From contig LJNP01000001.1 in the NCBI GenBank assembly GCA_001303185.1, positions 1 to 62,749 on the forward strand: a stretch of DNA of 62,749 bases, given 5' to 3'. The DNA comes from Parcubacteria bacterium SG8_24. Its GTDB lineage: Bacteria; Patescibacteriota; Patescibacteriia; SG8-24. The position numbers and the translations under genes were made by a program. This document shows positions 54,862 to 62,749 of this stretch, piece after piece; within the stretch, counting starts at the first letter, position 1, and each line of letters begins with the position of its first letter. The notes beneath the pieces are model-generated. The model saw only the letters and a list, made by a program, of their open reading frames with translations, searched no databases and was not told where the DNA came from.

Positions 54862-55019
54862 ATCGACGCCTCTTCCAGGCATCGTCGCCCGACGGCCCCG
54901 TCCGTCGGGTCTTTCGTTCGGTCGGTCCGTCGGGATACCGGACAGGGCGCTTTACATCAGCCGTCATCTGTAGGAAGGTGACGTCAGGTCATTACGATAG
55001 CATTTGAGGAGGCATACCG

Positions 55020-55925
55020 ATGTCGGGCGATATTTGGGTTCCCGAGAAGGTTTTCGTCGAAGTCCATACCGGCTGTTCCGGGCACTGCCGGCAGTGTTAT
55101 CAGGTGCAGGGGAACCTGCCGCGCGGCCGGTCGTTGTCGGTCGAAGACGCCATTCGGCGTATCCGTCTGCTGCAGCGCGATACCGGATCGCAGGTCATAC
55201 CGGTGACCGGTGAGGTGCTGGACCATCCGGCCTACCTGGAGACGTATCGCGTGGCCCGGTGGACTGAGTACCTGGTGACCAACGGGCGACGTCTTCTGGA
55301 CGACCCCTCCATAGGCTGCCTCATCGCCGGTTACGGTTTTCGGCGCCTGCGCATCTCGGCGCACTATTTCTGTTCGCCGGAAGGGCTGAGTCTGGCACCC
55401 TGCGGATCGTCCGAAGTGTCGGAGATAGTGCGGGCTGCAGGGCGGCATAGTCTCGGGGTCGAGGCGTTCTGCCTCATCGGCACTTTCAATTTCCGGATGA
55501 TCCGCGAGATATACGCCCAAGCTGAGGCGGACGGACTGGAGCGGCTGTGGCTGCTCAACCTGATGCCGGTCCATCCGGAGCTCCGTCAGTATTGCCTGTC
55601 GGCCAGACAGACCCAAGAGGTGTTCCGGCAGGCCGCAGCGATAAGGTCCCGGAGCGATGAGGTCCGTCGCCGCCTGCGTTTCGTAGGCAACTTCGGTCCG
55701 CGACCCGGATCCCCGGTCGGCCAGGGACTGGCCGCGGCCGGACGCTACTGTCCGGCCGGTGTCGAGAAGGCCTATGTCACCGTGGACGGCTCGGTCTACG
55801 GCTGTCATTTCCTGCTCGAACCGCGGATGCGGCTCGGCCGGCTCGAGGGCGGTCACATCATCCGGGAGGCCGGCACCTTCGATTTCGACCGCAGCAACTG
55901 CTATCATCTTCTGGAGGGCGAATGA
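55020..55925 (+). CDS. Radical SAM protein with C-terminal twitch/partial-SPASM-like Cys motif
   Basis: CX3CX2C motif GCSGHCRQC near the N-terminus. The C-terminal YCPAGVEKAYVTVDGSVYGC has the C...GX4C pattern. RBS GGAGG. Confidence 0.85.
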   Translation: MSGDIWVPEKVFVEVHTGCSGHCRQCYQVQGNLPRGRSLSVEDAIRRIRLLQRDTGSQVIPVTGEVLDHPAYLETYRVARWTEYLVTNGRRLLDDPSIGCLIAGYGFRRLRISAHYFCSPEGLSLAPCGSSEVSEIVRAAGRHSLGVEAFCLIGTFNFRMIREIYAQAEADGLERLWLLNLMPVHPELRQYCLSARQTQEVFRQAAAIRSRSDEVRRRLRFVGNFGPRPGSPVGQGLAAAGRYCPAGVEKAYVTVDGSVYGCHFLLEPRMRLGRLEGGHIIREAGTFDFDRSNCYHLLEGE

Positions 55926-56087
55926 CCACCCCCCGCTCAGATACCGGACCGACAGGGTCCGGTTTTTGTTTGCCCCAAGTCCGCTGCCGGACCACGATTA
56001 CGCTCATTTCCGTCCCGACCATCTTGACAGCGGCCCGGATTCGTGGCATCCTAGGCGGTTCTTTCGATATCGAGAAAGGGGTATGCG

Positions 56088-56933
56088 GTGAAGGAATTCA
56101 TCACCAGTGACCTGCATCTGCATCCGGGGGATCGGTCCGCGGATGCGGTACGGTCCTTGGCCGCCTATGTGACGGCGGTTGGCAGGCCGCAGGACGTACT
56201 GATCATCGGCGGCGACCATGCCGGCGACGATGACGGTATCAGGGAATGTCTGACCTTGTTCGCGGGATTCCGGGGTCGCCGGTTGGCCATCTCCGGGAAC
56301 CACGACGTCTGGGTCCCCTCATCGGGGCGCGATTCCTGGCAGCGCTATCTCGATCTGCGGTCGCTCTATCGGGGACTCGGTTTCAGTCCGCTGGAGGACC
56401 GACCGGTAGCGGTCGGCGACACGGCCTATATCGGTCTCATGGGATGGTATGACTATTCTTTCCATGACCCACGGCTGGGTCATCCGGCCGAGGCCTACGT
56501 CGGCAAGACCGATCCGGGGACCGGCCGACCTGTCTGGGCCGATTCCGTTTTCGTGCGCTGGAACTTCTCTGACGACGAGATGACCCGGTTCCAGGCCCGC
56601 CGCCTCGAGCGGCACCTGGTCCTAACCGATGGCGCGCGACGCCGTCTGGTGGTGATGCATCATGTCCCGACCCGGCGACTGCTCTTCCGGCCCCGGTGTT
56701 TCGTCCCCCGGAAGTGGCGTGTCGCCAACACTTTCCTGGGCAGCGACGTCTTCGCCGAGATCATCGGTTCCCGGACTGCCATACCGACCGCGGTCGTCTG
56801 CGGGCATATCCATACCGGCAAGAGGGTAGCGGTCGGCGGCGTGGACTATACCAGCATCGGCAGCAGCCGGTACGGACGCGAACTGCTCATCCGGCACGGC
56901 GACCGGACAGAACGGAAGATCTTCAGGGCCTGA
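56088..56933 (+). CDS. Metallophosphoesterase
   Basis: GTG start. Motifs DLHLHPGD, GGDHAGDDD, SGNHD, MHHVP and CGHIH. Confidence 0.8.
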   Translation: MKEFITSDLHLHPGDRSADAVRSLAAYVTAVGRPQDVLIIGGDHAGDDDGIRECLTLFAGFRGRRLAISGNHDVWVPSSGRDSWQRYLDLRSLYRGLGFSPLEDRPVAVGDTAYIGLMGWYDYSFHDPRLGHPAEAYVGKTDPGTGRPVWADSVFVRWNFSDDEMTRFQARRLERHLVLTDGARRRLVVMHHVPTRRLLFRPRCFVPRKWRVANTFLGSDVFAEIIGSRTAIPTAVVCGHIHTGKRVAVGGVDYTSIGSSRYGRELLIRHGDRTERKIFRA

Positions 56934-57017
56934 AGCCTCGACCGAGGTATCCGGGCCCTTTCTTTTTTACCTTAAATAAGGTAAACTTGAGAGACGGGTA
57001 AACAGTCACGACAAATT

Positions 57018-57263
57018 ATGGAAAAGGAAAGATTCTATCGCGAGGTCAATGAACGGATTCTGGACGGTCTGAGCCAGACCGACATACCTATGGAACGCAT
57101 GAAGGAGCTGGCCCGCAGGGCTTTGGACGTGTCTTCCGGTCCTGACCCCGATGTCCCCGAAGAGCGGCTTCAGGAGCTGCGGTCCAGCTATCCTGACGTT
57201 TTCGAGTCAGACCGGGGCGTGCCGGATGCCGAAAGGCGGACACCCAAGTCCGGCCGAAGATGA
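57018..57263 (+). CDS. Small hypothetical protein (81 aa) translationally coupled to the Fic-like gene
   Basis: Its stop overlaps the next start in ATGA (57260-57263). The sequence is helical and acidic. The RBS is weak. Confidence 0.5.
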   Translation: MEKERFYREVNERILDGLSQTDIPMERMKELARRALDVSSGPDPDVPEERLQELRSSYPDVFESDRGVPDAERRTPKSGRR

Positions 57264-58756
57264 CTATGAATCTTGACACGCCCAGATTTATGCAGGAACC
57301 ACAACCGCCACCGCCTCTCGAGGGCAGCGGAATTCCTGGGCCGGTCGAGTCGGCCCCGCCTTCGGGTGGGCCGGAAGGGTCTCCGGAGGCCCGCGAACGA
57401 AGGGAGCGTGAGTTGGCTGAGCGGCGGGTGATGCTCGAGGCCTTGACCACGCGCGGCCTGTCCGATGAAGCGGCCCTTGAGGTCGTGGCCGGGTATGACA
57501 GCGAGAAGATCGACGGCCCGGAACTGGCCGAGGAATTCGGTATCATCACGGAAGAATACGGATTGCCGCTGGATCAGGTACCGGAGCAAGAACGCCGGCG
57601 TCTGCTGGTCCTGTATAACGGCCTCAAGGAAGGTGCACACACCTCGGCCCAGGACAACATCGGCGAGGTGCTGGAGACGGCTATCCAGGAACGGGTCCTG
57701 GATCAGGCCCTCGCACGTATCGATGCCCTGCGGGAAGCCATGGAGAGCTCCGCCAGTATCGAGCAGATTGTGGAGCGGGTCCGCGACTCCATGCATTCGT
57801 TGGATGCCATCGCGCGGACGGTGGAGGGGGCGGACCCCAGCGACAGAATAAAGGAAGAGGTATTTCAGCGGTTCAATTCCATCGCCCGCCTGAAGAGCCG
57901 GGCCGTCAAACCGGAGCTGCGCCGGGCCTTCAACGAGATCTTCGACGAGTTCGGTGAGTTCATCGAGGGTGACATGGTGCCCTTCCGCATCGATCAGGGC
58001 ATTCGCGACGCCAACCTGCCGGAGGGCGAGGATATGGGCCGGGAGAGGCTGGTTCCGACGACCGTGGAGCAAGCCATGCATGAGATGTATGGACGCAGTC
58101 CCGCTGAGGTTAAGGAGCTCAAGGTGCGTAACCGCCAGGAGGTGGCGGCTGAAATCATCCGCTTGGCCCGAGAGCCGTACGTGACCCTCGACATGCTGCT
58201 GGAGCTGCACCGGATCAACAATCAGGGAATCGTACCCAAGGAAGCGTCGCGCTTCCGGACCCAGGAAGAGGTGGTGGCCTTCGGCATGCGGGCCGGTCTG
58301 TTGGGTGAGGATGTGGGTCCGGAGATGGAGCGCCTGGTGGAGCGGGCCAATGACCTGATCGATCGGGATGCCCTCAAAGGCCTGTCCACGCTGCGCTACG
58401 AGATCGAGGTGGCCTCCCTGCATAACGACATGCTCGACATCCATCCCTTTCCGGACCGTAACGGCAGCACCTCGCTGCTTTTCCTGGAACTGATGATGAC
58501 CCGGAAGGATTATGAGCCGCCGACCGAACGGGCTGATGACTATTACGGTCAGTTGGCCAGGATTCTCGGATACAATCCCGCGGCCGTGGCCGTGGTCGGT
58601 TTCGAACAGGCCAAGATCGCCCATGTACCGGGATTCTTTCAGGGCGAGACGATATCCAAGGAGCGGAAGAGGCAATACATCGATGAGATCAACAAGGCGG
58701 CCGAGCATTTCGTGCAGCTGAAACTGAAGCGGGGTAAGGCTGAGACAGCACATTGA
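57260..58756 (+). CDS. Fic/DOC-fold protein with degenerate active-site motif
   Basis: LELHRINNQGIVP..ASRFRT.EV and EVASLHNDMLDIHPFPDRNGSTSLLFLELMM. The core motif reads HPFPDRNGSTSL where the canonical motif is HxFx(D/E)GNGRxxR. Confidence 0.8.
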   Translation: MTMNLDTPRFMQEPQPPPPLEGSGIPGPVESAPPSGGPEGSPEARERRERELAERRVMLEALTTRGLSDEAALEVVAGYDSEKIDGPELAEEFGIITEEYGLPLDQVPEQERRRLLVLYNGLKEGAHTSAQDNIGEVLETAIQERVLDQALARIDALREAMESSASIEQIVERVRDSMHSLDAIARTVEGADPSDRIKEEVFQRFNSIARLKSRAVKPELRRAFNEIFDEFGEFIEGDMVPFRIDQGIRDANLPEGEDMGRERLVPTTVEQAMHEMYGRSPAEVKELKVRNRQEVAAEIIRLAREPYVTLDMLLELHRINNQGIVPKEASRFRTQEEVVAFGMRAGLLGEDVGPEMERLVERANDLIDRDALKGLSTLRYEIEVASLHNDMLDIHPFPDRNGSTSLLFLELMMTRKDYEPPTERADDYYGQLARILGYNPAAVAVVGFEQAKIAHVPGFFQGETISKERKRQYIDEINKAAEHFVQLKLKRGKAETAH

Positions 58757-58883
58757 GCCGTCGGCCATCAGCGGGTCACCATGAGACAGGACGCCCATCA
58801 TGACGATGGGCGTTTGGATTCCAGGACAGCGTTGTTGACCTCCTTATCTCGCGGTGGCAGGCTGGTGTCGTAGGAGGTGTTCC

Positions 58884-59807
58884 GTGAACGATGACCTGAC
58901 GATTCATCATGATGCGGTTCTTTTCTTCGGGGACCGTGACGACGGCGTCATCGGCCTGCCCGGCCTGACTCATGACGGCCATGTCATCGAGATCAGCTAT
59001 TTCTTCGGCCTGACCCGGCCGAAGAACATCATCGTGATCTCTTCGCAGGTCGGTTGCCCCCTCGGTTGTTCTTTCTGCGAACTCGACGGATTTGTACGTA
59101 ACCTGACGGCGCGGGAGCTGCACGATCAGGCCCGACTCATGATCGGAGAGGCATTCCGGTACGGATTCGACCCCACCGGAACGCCGCACAAGGTGACGGT
59201 CGCCGACAGCGGGGAACCCCTGTTGAATCCCTTTTTGGTGAGCGGACTGGAATCGCTGCGCGATCTGCCGGTCTCCTTCAAGGTTTCGACGGTCCTGCCG
59301 GCGGCCCGGGCGGCCTGGCGGAACCTGGAGCGATTGGCCGATTTCGCCGCCGGCTATGAGCGGCCGGTGCAGCTGCAGATATCGCTGATCTCCACGTCGG
59401 AAGAGCGGCGCTTGCGGTCCTGTCGCGGCCGCATCGCCGGTTTCGATCGGGTCAGGGAGGCGGGGGAGCTGTGGCGCTCCCGGAATCCCCGCGGCCGCCA
59501 GGTCAACCTGAGCCTCATCGTCACGGATGACATGCCTTGTGAGGCGGCTCGGGTCGTCCGGATCTTTCCGCCGGAACTGTTCCGCTTCCGCTTCCGGGAG
59601 TATGTACCGACGCGGCATGGGGCGGCGGCCGGTCATGTCGCCGTCTCACCGGAGCGGCTCAGGAGGATCAAGCGCGACTTCGCCAGCCGCGGTTACCAGG
59701 TGGGGGATTGGGCCAGCCCGTCGCCGGTCGAACGGCGCTTCGGTCTGGCGGCCAACACCATCCGCCGGATGTATCTGGAGGCGATCGGATTCAGTCGTAA
59801 AGACTGA
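58884..59807 (+). CDS. RlmN/Cfr-like radical SAM protein, truncated and lacking the mechanistic cysteines
   Basis: GTG start 6 nt after AGGAGG. SSQVGCPLGCSFC (RlmN/Cfr-type CX3CX2C context), SGEPLLNP, KVSTVLP and LQISLIS. There is no Cys 7 residues before the cluster, and no C-terminal CGQL. Confidence 0.7.
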   Translation: MNDDLTIHHDAVLFFGDRDDGVIGLPGLTHDGHVIEISYFFGLTRPKNIIVISSQVGCPLGCSFCELDGFVRNLTARELHDQARLMIGEAFRYGFDPTGTPHKVTVADSGEPLLNPFLVSGLESLRDLPVSFKVSTVLPAARAAWRNLERLADFAAGYERPVQLQISLISTSEERRLRSCRGRIAGFDRVREAGELWRSRNPRGRQVNLSLIVTDDMPCEAARVVRIFPPELFRFRFREYVPTRHGAAAGHVAVSPERLRRIKRDFASRGYQVGDWASPSPVERRFGLAANTIRRMYLEAIGFSRKD

Positions 59808-59910
59808 GGACGCTGGATGGACTTTCCAGCAACCGCCCACCCGGGCGGTTTTTCTTCAGTCAACCCGATTTCTGCTATACTCCATCCAGTCAATCCCCAA
59901 CGCTTCTCTT

Positions 59911-60414
59911 ATGGAAAACCGATTACCCGAATACGATTACGACAACAGTGAGACCGGCTGCTGCCCCAAGTTCGATCCCCAGCCCTGGGACGGCAAGGAG
60001 TTCCGGTTCGAGGACAAGCTGTTCGCCGAGGCTTCGACCGTCAATTTCCTGCACATGCCGCTGAATATGGGTTCGGTCATCACCAAAAGCTGGAAAAGGA
60101 TCGAAGCGGCCGACGCCAGACCCGACGACTTCCTGCTGCTTTCTTATGATCCCTCACCGTGGCGTGGTAAACACTATTTCGCCGTCACCAAAGATGTCCC
60201 GGGGATGGAGATGGTACGGCTCACTGGCACCTTCCTGACCAAGGTTTTCGAAGGTCCCTATAAGGACGCCGGTAAATGGGTCAAGCAGACCGAGGAGTAC
60301 GTCAAGCGACAAGGTAAGGAGATACGACGGCTGTATTTCTTTTATACGACCTGTCCGAAGTGCGCCCAGCATTACGGCAAGAACTATACGGTGGCCTTTG
60401 CCCAGATCGTCTGA
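59911..60414 (+). CDS. Conserved-looking hypothetical protein with CC and CPKC motifs (167 aa)
   Basis: Internal start MENRLPEYDYDNSETGCCPKFDPQPWDGKEF... and C-terminal YFFYTTCPKCAQHYGKNYTVAF. Confidence 0.7.
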   Translation: MENRLPEYDYDNSETGCCPKFDPQPWDGKEFRFEDKLFAEASTVNFLHMPLNMGSVITKSWKRIEAADARPDDFLLLSYDPSPWRGKHYFAVTKDVPGMEMVRLTGTFLTKVFEGPYKDAGKWVKQTEEYVKRQGKEIRRLYFFYTTCPKCAQHYGKNYTVAFAQIV

Positions 60415-60421
60415 CTGTCAT

Positions 60422-60658
60422 ATGAGGGAGAGCGAAAGACCGCCTATTCCGGAGGAACGGCGCGAGGGCCGCACGCTTGAGGGTGAGGAAAGGGAAAGGT
60501 TTGCCGCCGATCTCCGGGAATATATCGACGGGCTTGAGGCCGCGTCGGCTGATCCTGACCTGGATGAAGAGACCAGAGACGAGCTGCGGCGGCAGTTGGA
60601 CGAGTTCAAGGATTCATCGGAAGCCATCGAGGAGGGGAGAGAGATCAAGGAGTACTGA
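60422..60658 (+). CDS. Small acidic hypothetical protein
   Basis: MRESERPPIPEERREG...DELRRQLDEFKDSSEAIEEGREIKEY. It starts 8 nt after the preceding gene. Confidence 0.45.
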   Translation: MRESERPPIPEERREGRTLEGEERERFAADLREYIDGLEAASADPDLDEETRDELRRQLDEFKDSSEAIEEGREIKEY

Positions 60659-60844
60659 CATCCGACGCGGCAGTTTACTGGAGAAATACCGCCGGGGGGC
60701 GGTATTTCTGATTGGGTCGTGACTCCCGTATTTGAGTCCGGGACAAACGGCCGGACGGATTGACGTGACCGAGGGTTGCTGCTATGGTCAAGCGCCGTAT
60801 TCAGGCACGTCCTTTCGACAACTTTTCCAGAAGAGGAGAGGTTC

Positions 60845-62749
60845 ATGAGACTCATGACTATCCTGATCGGTTCGATCCTGTCGTTGGCCTTTCTCGGTGA
60901 GGTGGCGGCAGCGCCCCTGTCCATCCCCGAATGGCGGGAGGGGCAGCACGTCTATGTGGTGCCCGAGGGGTGGCGGCCGCCGCTCTTCGGTCCGCGCGAC
61001 CTCCAGGAGCTGGAACGGGCCGCGGCAGCACTCCGCTTTCCTTTCTATGTCATCATCGCCCAGAGACTGGAGGGTGGGGGTGACGGCGACCGTCTGGCGG
61101 CGGAGGCGATCGATACGATCGCCCAGCGTTGGACCGAACGGGCTGCCGATTTCGACGTCTCGCAGTCCCAGTTGTTCCTCCTGTCGTTCGAGCCCAGGAA
61201 GTACCGTTTCCTGACCGGCACCCGATGGAAGGCGGAGCTCGGTTTCGAGCGTTCCGCCCACCGCCCGCATACCGCGCTTTTCGAGCGGTCGGTGAAAGGG
61301 ACCCCCAAGGATCCCAAGGGGGGCATCCTGGCCCTGATGCGTTCGGTAGATGCGTACCTGGTCGATCAGACCGATCCGGCGCGCATCGCGGCGCGCCAGG
61401 AGGCGGAACGACGGGCCGTCGAGGCCCGACGTCTCCGTGACGCCCGAGGCGCCCTGGATTCGCGTATCCTGACGCTCGCCGGACTGCTGGACGGGCCAGC
61501 GGATTACTTGCCGGCCGATACGGCTCCGTACCGTGACCTGCTGGCCAAGGCCAAGCGGATCCGCCAGGCCGACGATCCCGGCGAGATGCTGGCCTTCGCC
61601 GATTCCATGCGATCCAGCATCGATACGCTCTCGACCTACGTCGGCGAGCGTCGCGGCGAAGCCCGAGCCCGCTGGTGGGCCGGTTTCGTCAAGCTGCTGG
61701 TCGGCGGTCTCCTGCTGTTCGGCCTGATCTTCTTCCTGGTCCGGCGTTGGCGGAAGTACGCCTCGCTCAAGGCCTCTTTCGTGCGTTCGTGCGCCGAGTG
61801 GAAAGAGCGAGTCGGCAACGCCTCGGTCAAGTACGTCGAGTTCCACAACGAACTCAGCGAGATGAGATCTTATCTCACCCTCGAGGGTGAGACCAAGGAG
61901 CTGGCCGACCGGGTGGCCCAGGAGGTCGACCGTATCTTCATGGCCGTCAAGGCGATGGAGTCACACGTCGGCCGTTGTCAGCTGCTCGCCGTCAAGGCGG
62001 GATTCTTTCGGATAGACCCCCTCAAGCGGGCGACCGAACGGCTGGAGGGGGAGTTCTCCTTCGACACGGAACAGCTCAATCCGGAGGAGCTGTTCGGCGG
62101 CAGCACCAAGGTGATCACCGTGGTGCCGCAGCGGTTCGTCGAGGAGCTGAAGGAACGTTTCCGCAAGAGCATGGCCGACTGGAAGACGCTCAAGGAGGCG
62201 ACCCGCCTGTGGCGGGTGCCGGCCAAGAAGCTGTTTCCGCAGGACAGGCTCGACGAGATGATCATCCAGGCCACCGAGCACGGCATCCCGTTGCGCTGGT
62301 TGCAGGATCACCCGCTGTTCGGTGACGATGCTGCGGACCAGGAGGTCTACGACCGACTCGACAGGAAGAACGATTCCGATCCGGTCGCCTTCTTCCGGGG
62401 GCTCGAAGAGCTGCGGGACAAGGAGCGACAGGTCGGGGAGCGTTTGGACCGGCTGGTCGAGGCAGTCGGGCTGGCCGCTGACCGCCGTCTTTCGGCACCG
62501 GCCGATCCAGGTATCGCCCTGGAGCCGGATGACGATCCGGCCGTGACCTACGATAAGGCGTTGCGCGAAGACCACGTGTTCGCCGGCCTGCTGGCCAGTC
62601 GGGACGATCCCGAAGAGGTCATGTCCCAGGCCCGCGCCGTCCGCGCCTTCTACGTGAAGTGTGCCGAGCAGACGGCGACGATCCTCAAGGCCAAGGAGAC
62701 GGTCGAGACGGTCATGGCCCAGGCGCTGAGCGCGCAGAATGCAGCAGAA
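60845..62749 (+). CDS. TPM-domain-like membrane protein with large cytoplasmic helical region; 3' end runs off the window
   Basis: Manual translation from ATG 60845 (RBS GGAGAGG): signal peptide MRLMTILIGSILSLAFLGEVAAA, a TPM-like segment (FPFYVIIAQRLEGGGDGDRLAAEAIDTIAQRW...LFLLSFEPRKYRFLTG) and TM helix FVKLLVGGLLLFGLIFFLV. The frame appears open to 62749 by manual reading, and no in-frame stop was seen. It is absent from the ORF track because it has no stop. Confidence 0.7.
   Translation, partial: MRLMTILIGSILSLAFLGEVAAAPLSIPEWREGQHVYVVPEGWRPPLFGPRDLQELERAAAALRFPFYVIIAQRLEGGGDGDRLAAEAIDTIAQRWTERAADFDVSQSQLFLLSFEPRKYRFLTGTRWKAELGFERSAHRPHTALFERSVKGTPKDPKGGILALMRSVDAYLVDQTDPARIAARQEAERRAVEARRLRDARGALDSRILTLAGLLDGPADYLPADTAPYRDLLAKAKRIRQADDPGEMLAFADSMRSSIDTLSTYVGERRGEARARWWAGFVKLLVGGLLLFGLIFFLVRRWRKYASLKASFVRSCAEWKERVGNASVKYVEFHNELSEMRSYLTLEGETKELADRVAQEVDRIFMAVKAMESHVGRCQLLAVKAGFFRIDPLKRATERLEGEFSFDTEQLNPEELFGGSTKVITVVPQRFVEELKERFRKSMADWKTLKEATRLWRVPAKKLFPQDRLDEMIIQATEHGIPLRWLQDHPLFGDDAADQEVYDRLDRKNDSDPVAFFRGLEELRDKERQVGERLDRLVEAVGLAADRRLSAPADPGIALEPDDDPAVTYDKALREDHVFAGLLASRDDPEEVMSQARAVRAFYVKCAEQTATILKAKETVETVMAQALSAQNAAE

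Noticed and set aside
57018-57263. The small ORF as a class I Fic antitoxin (VbhA-like).
   Set aside because: It has no (S/T)xxxE(G/N) inhibitory motif. Only the overlapping gene layout supports a toxin-antitoxin reading, so that is reported as a hypothesis rather than a call.
1-62749. CRISPR arrays, IS elements or transposases, integrases, prophage genes, rRNA and recoding (UGA reassignment).
   Set aside because: I saw no regularly spaced direct repeats and no transposase, integrase or RT motifs in credible ORFs. TGA, TAA and TAG all terminate motif-bearing genes, for example lon and frr (TGA) and rpmG (TAG).

Overview
High-GC (~60%) bacterial chromosomal window with about 60 credible CDSs, 5 tRNAs, and several sigma70-like promoters and intrinsic terminators. 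The gene content suggests a reduced-genome, Patescibacteria/CPR-like organism, but this is inference only. It includes a pilB-pilC-pseudopilin operon, scattered dcw genes (mraY, ftsW, murG, murD), lon, holB, frr, glyQS, tpiA and a tRNA-rpmG-tRNA cluster, plus many acidic or coiled-coil hypothetical proteins. The code appears standard: TGA, TAA and TAG all terminate motif-bearing genes. Many long ORFs in the track are antisense shadow ORFs of this GC-rich DNA and were rejected. No CRISPR array, transposase, integrase, reverse transcriptase or rRNA was seen.

The strongest candidate for something new is a ~0.9-kb promoter-to-terminator unit between frr and glyQS (about 34606-35525). It has no credible ORF, an internal ~110-nt module duplication, several perfect long helices and 9-bp flanking direct repeats, so I call it a candidate large structured non-coding RNA of no class I can recognise.

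Secondary items:
- a twin GGDEF-like protein, with one degenerate and one canonical motif
- a pseudopilin fused to a ConA/LamG-like domain
- a bacterial translin-family protein
- a five-gene translationally coupled operon, probably for a polyprenyl-phosphate sugar
- a loose neighbourhood of two atypical radical SAM proteins, a metallophosphoesterase and a Fic-fold protein with a degenerate active-site motif coupled to a small upstream ORF

All functional calls rest on motif recognition by eye. No database search was possible.
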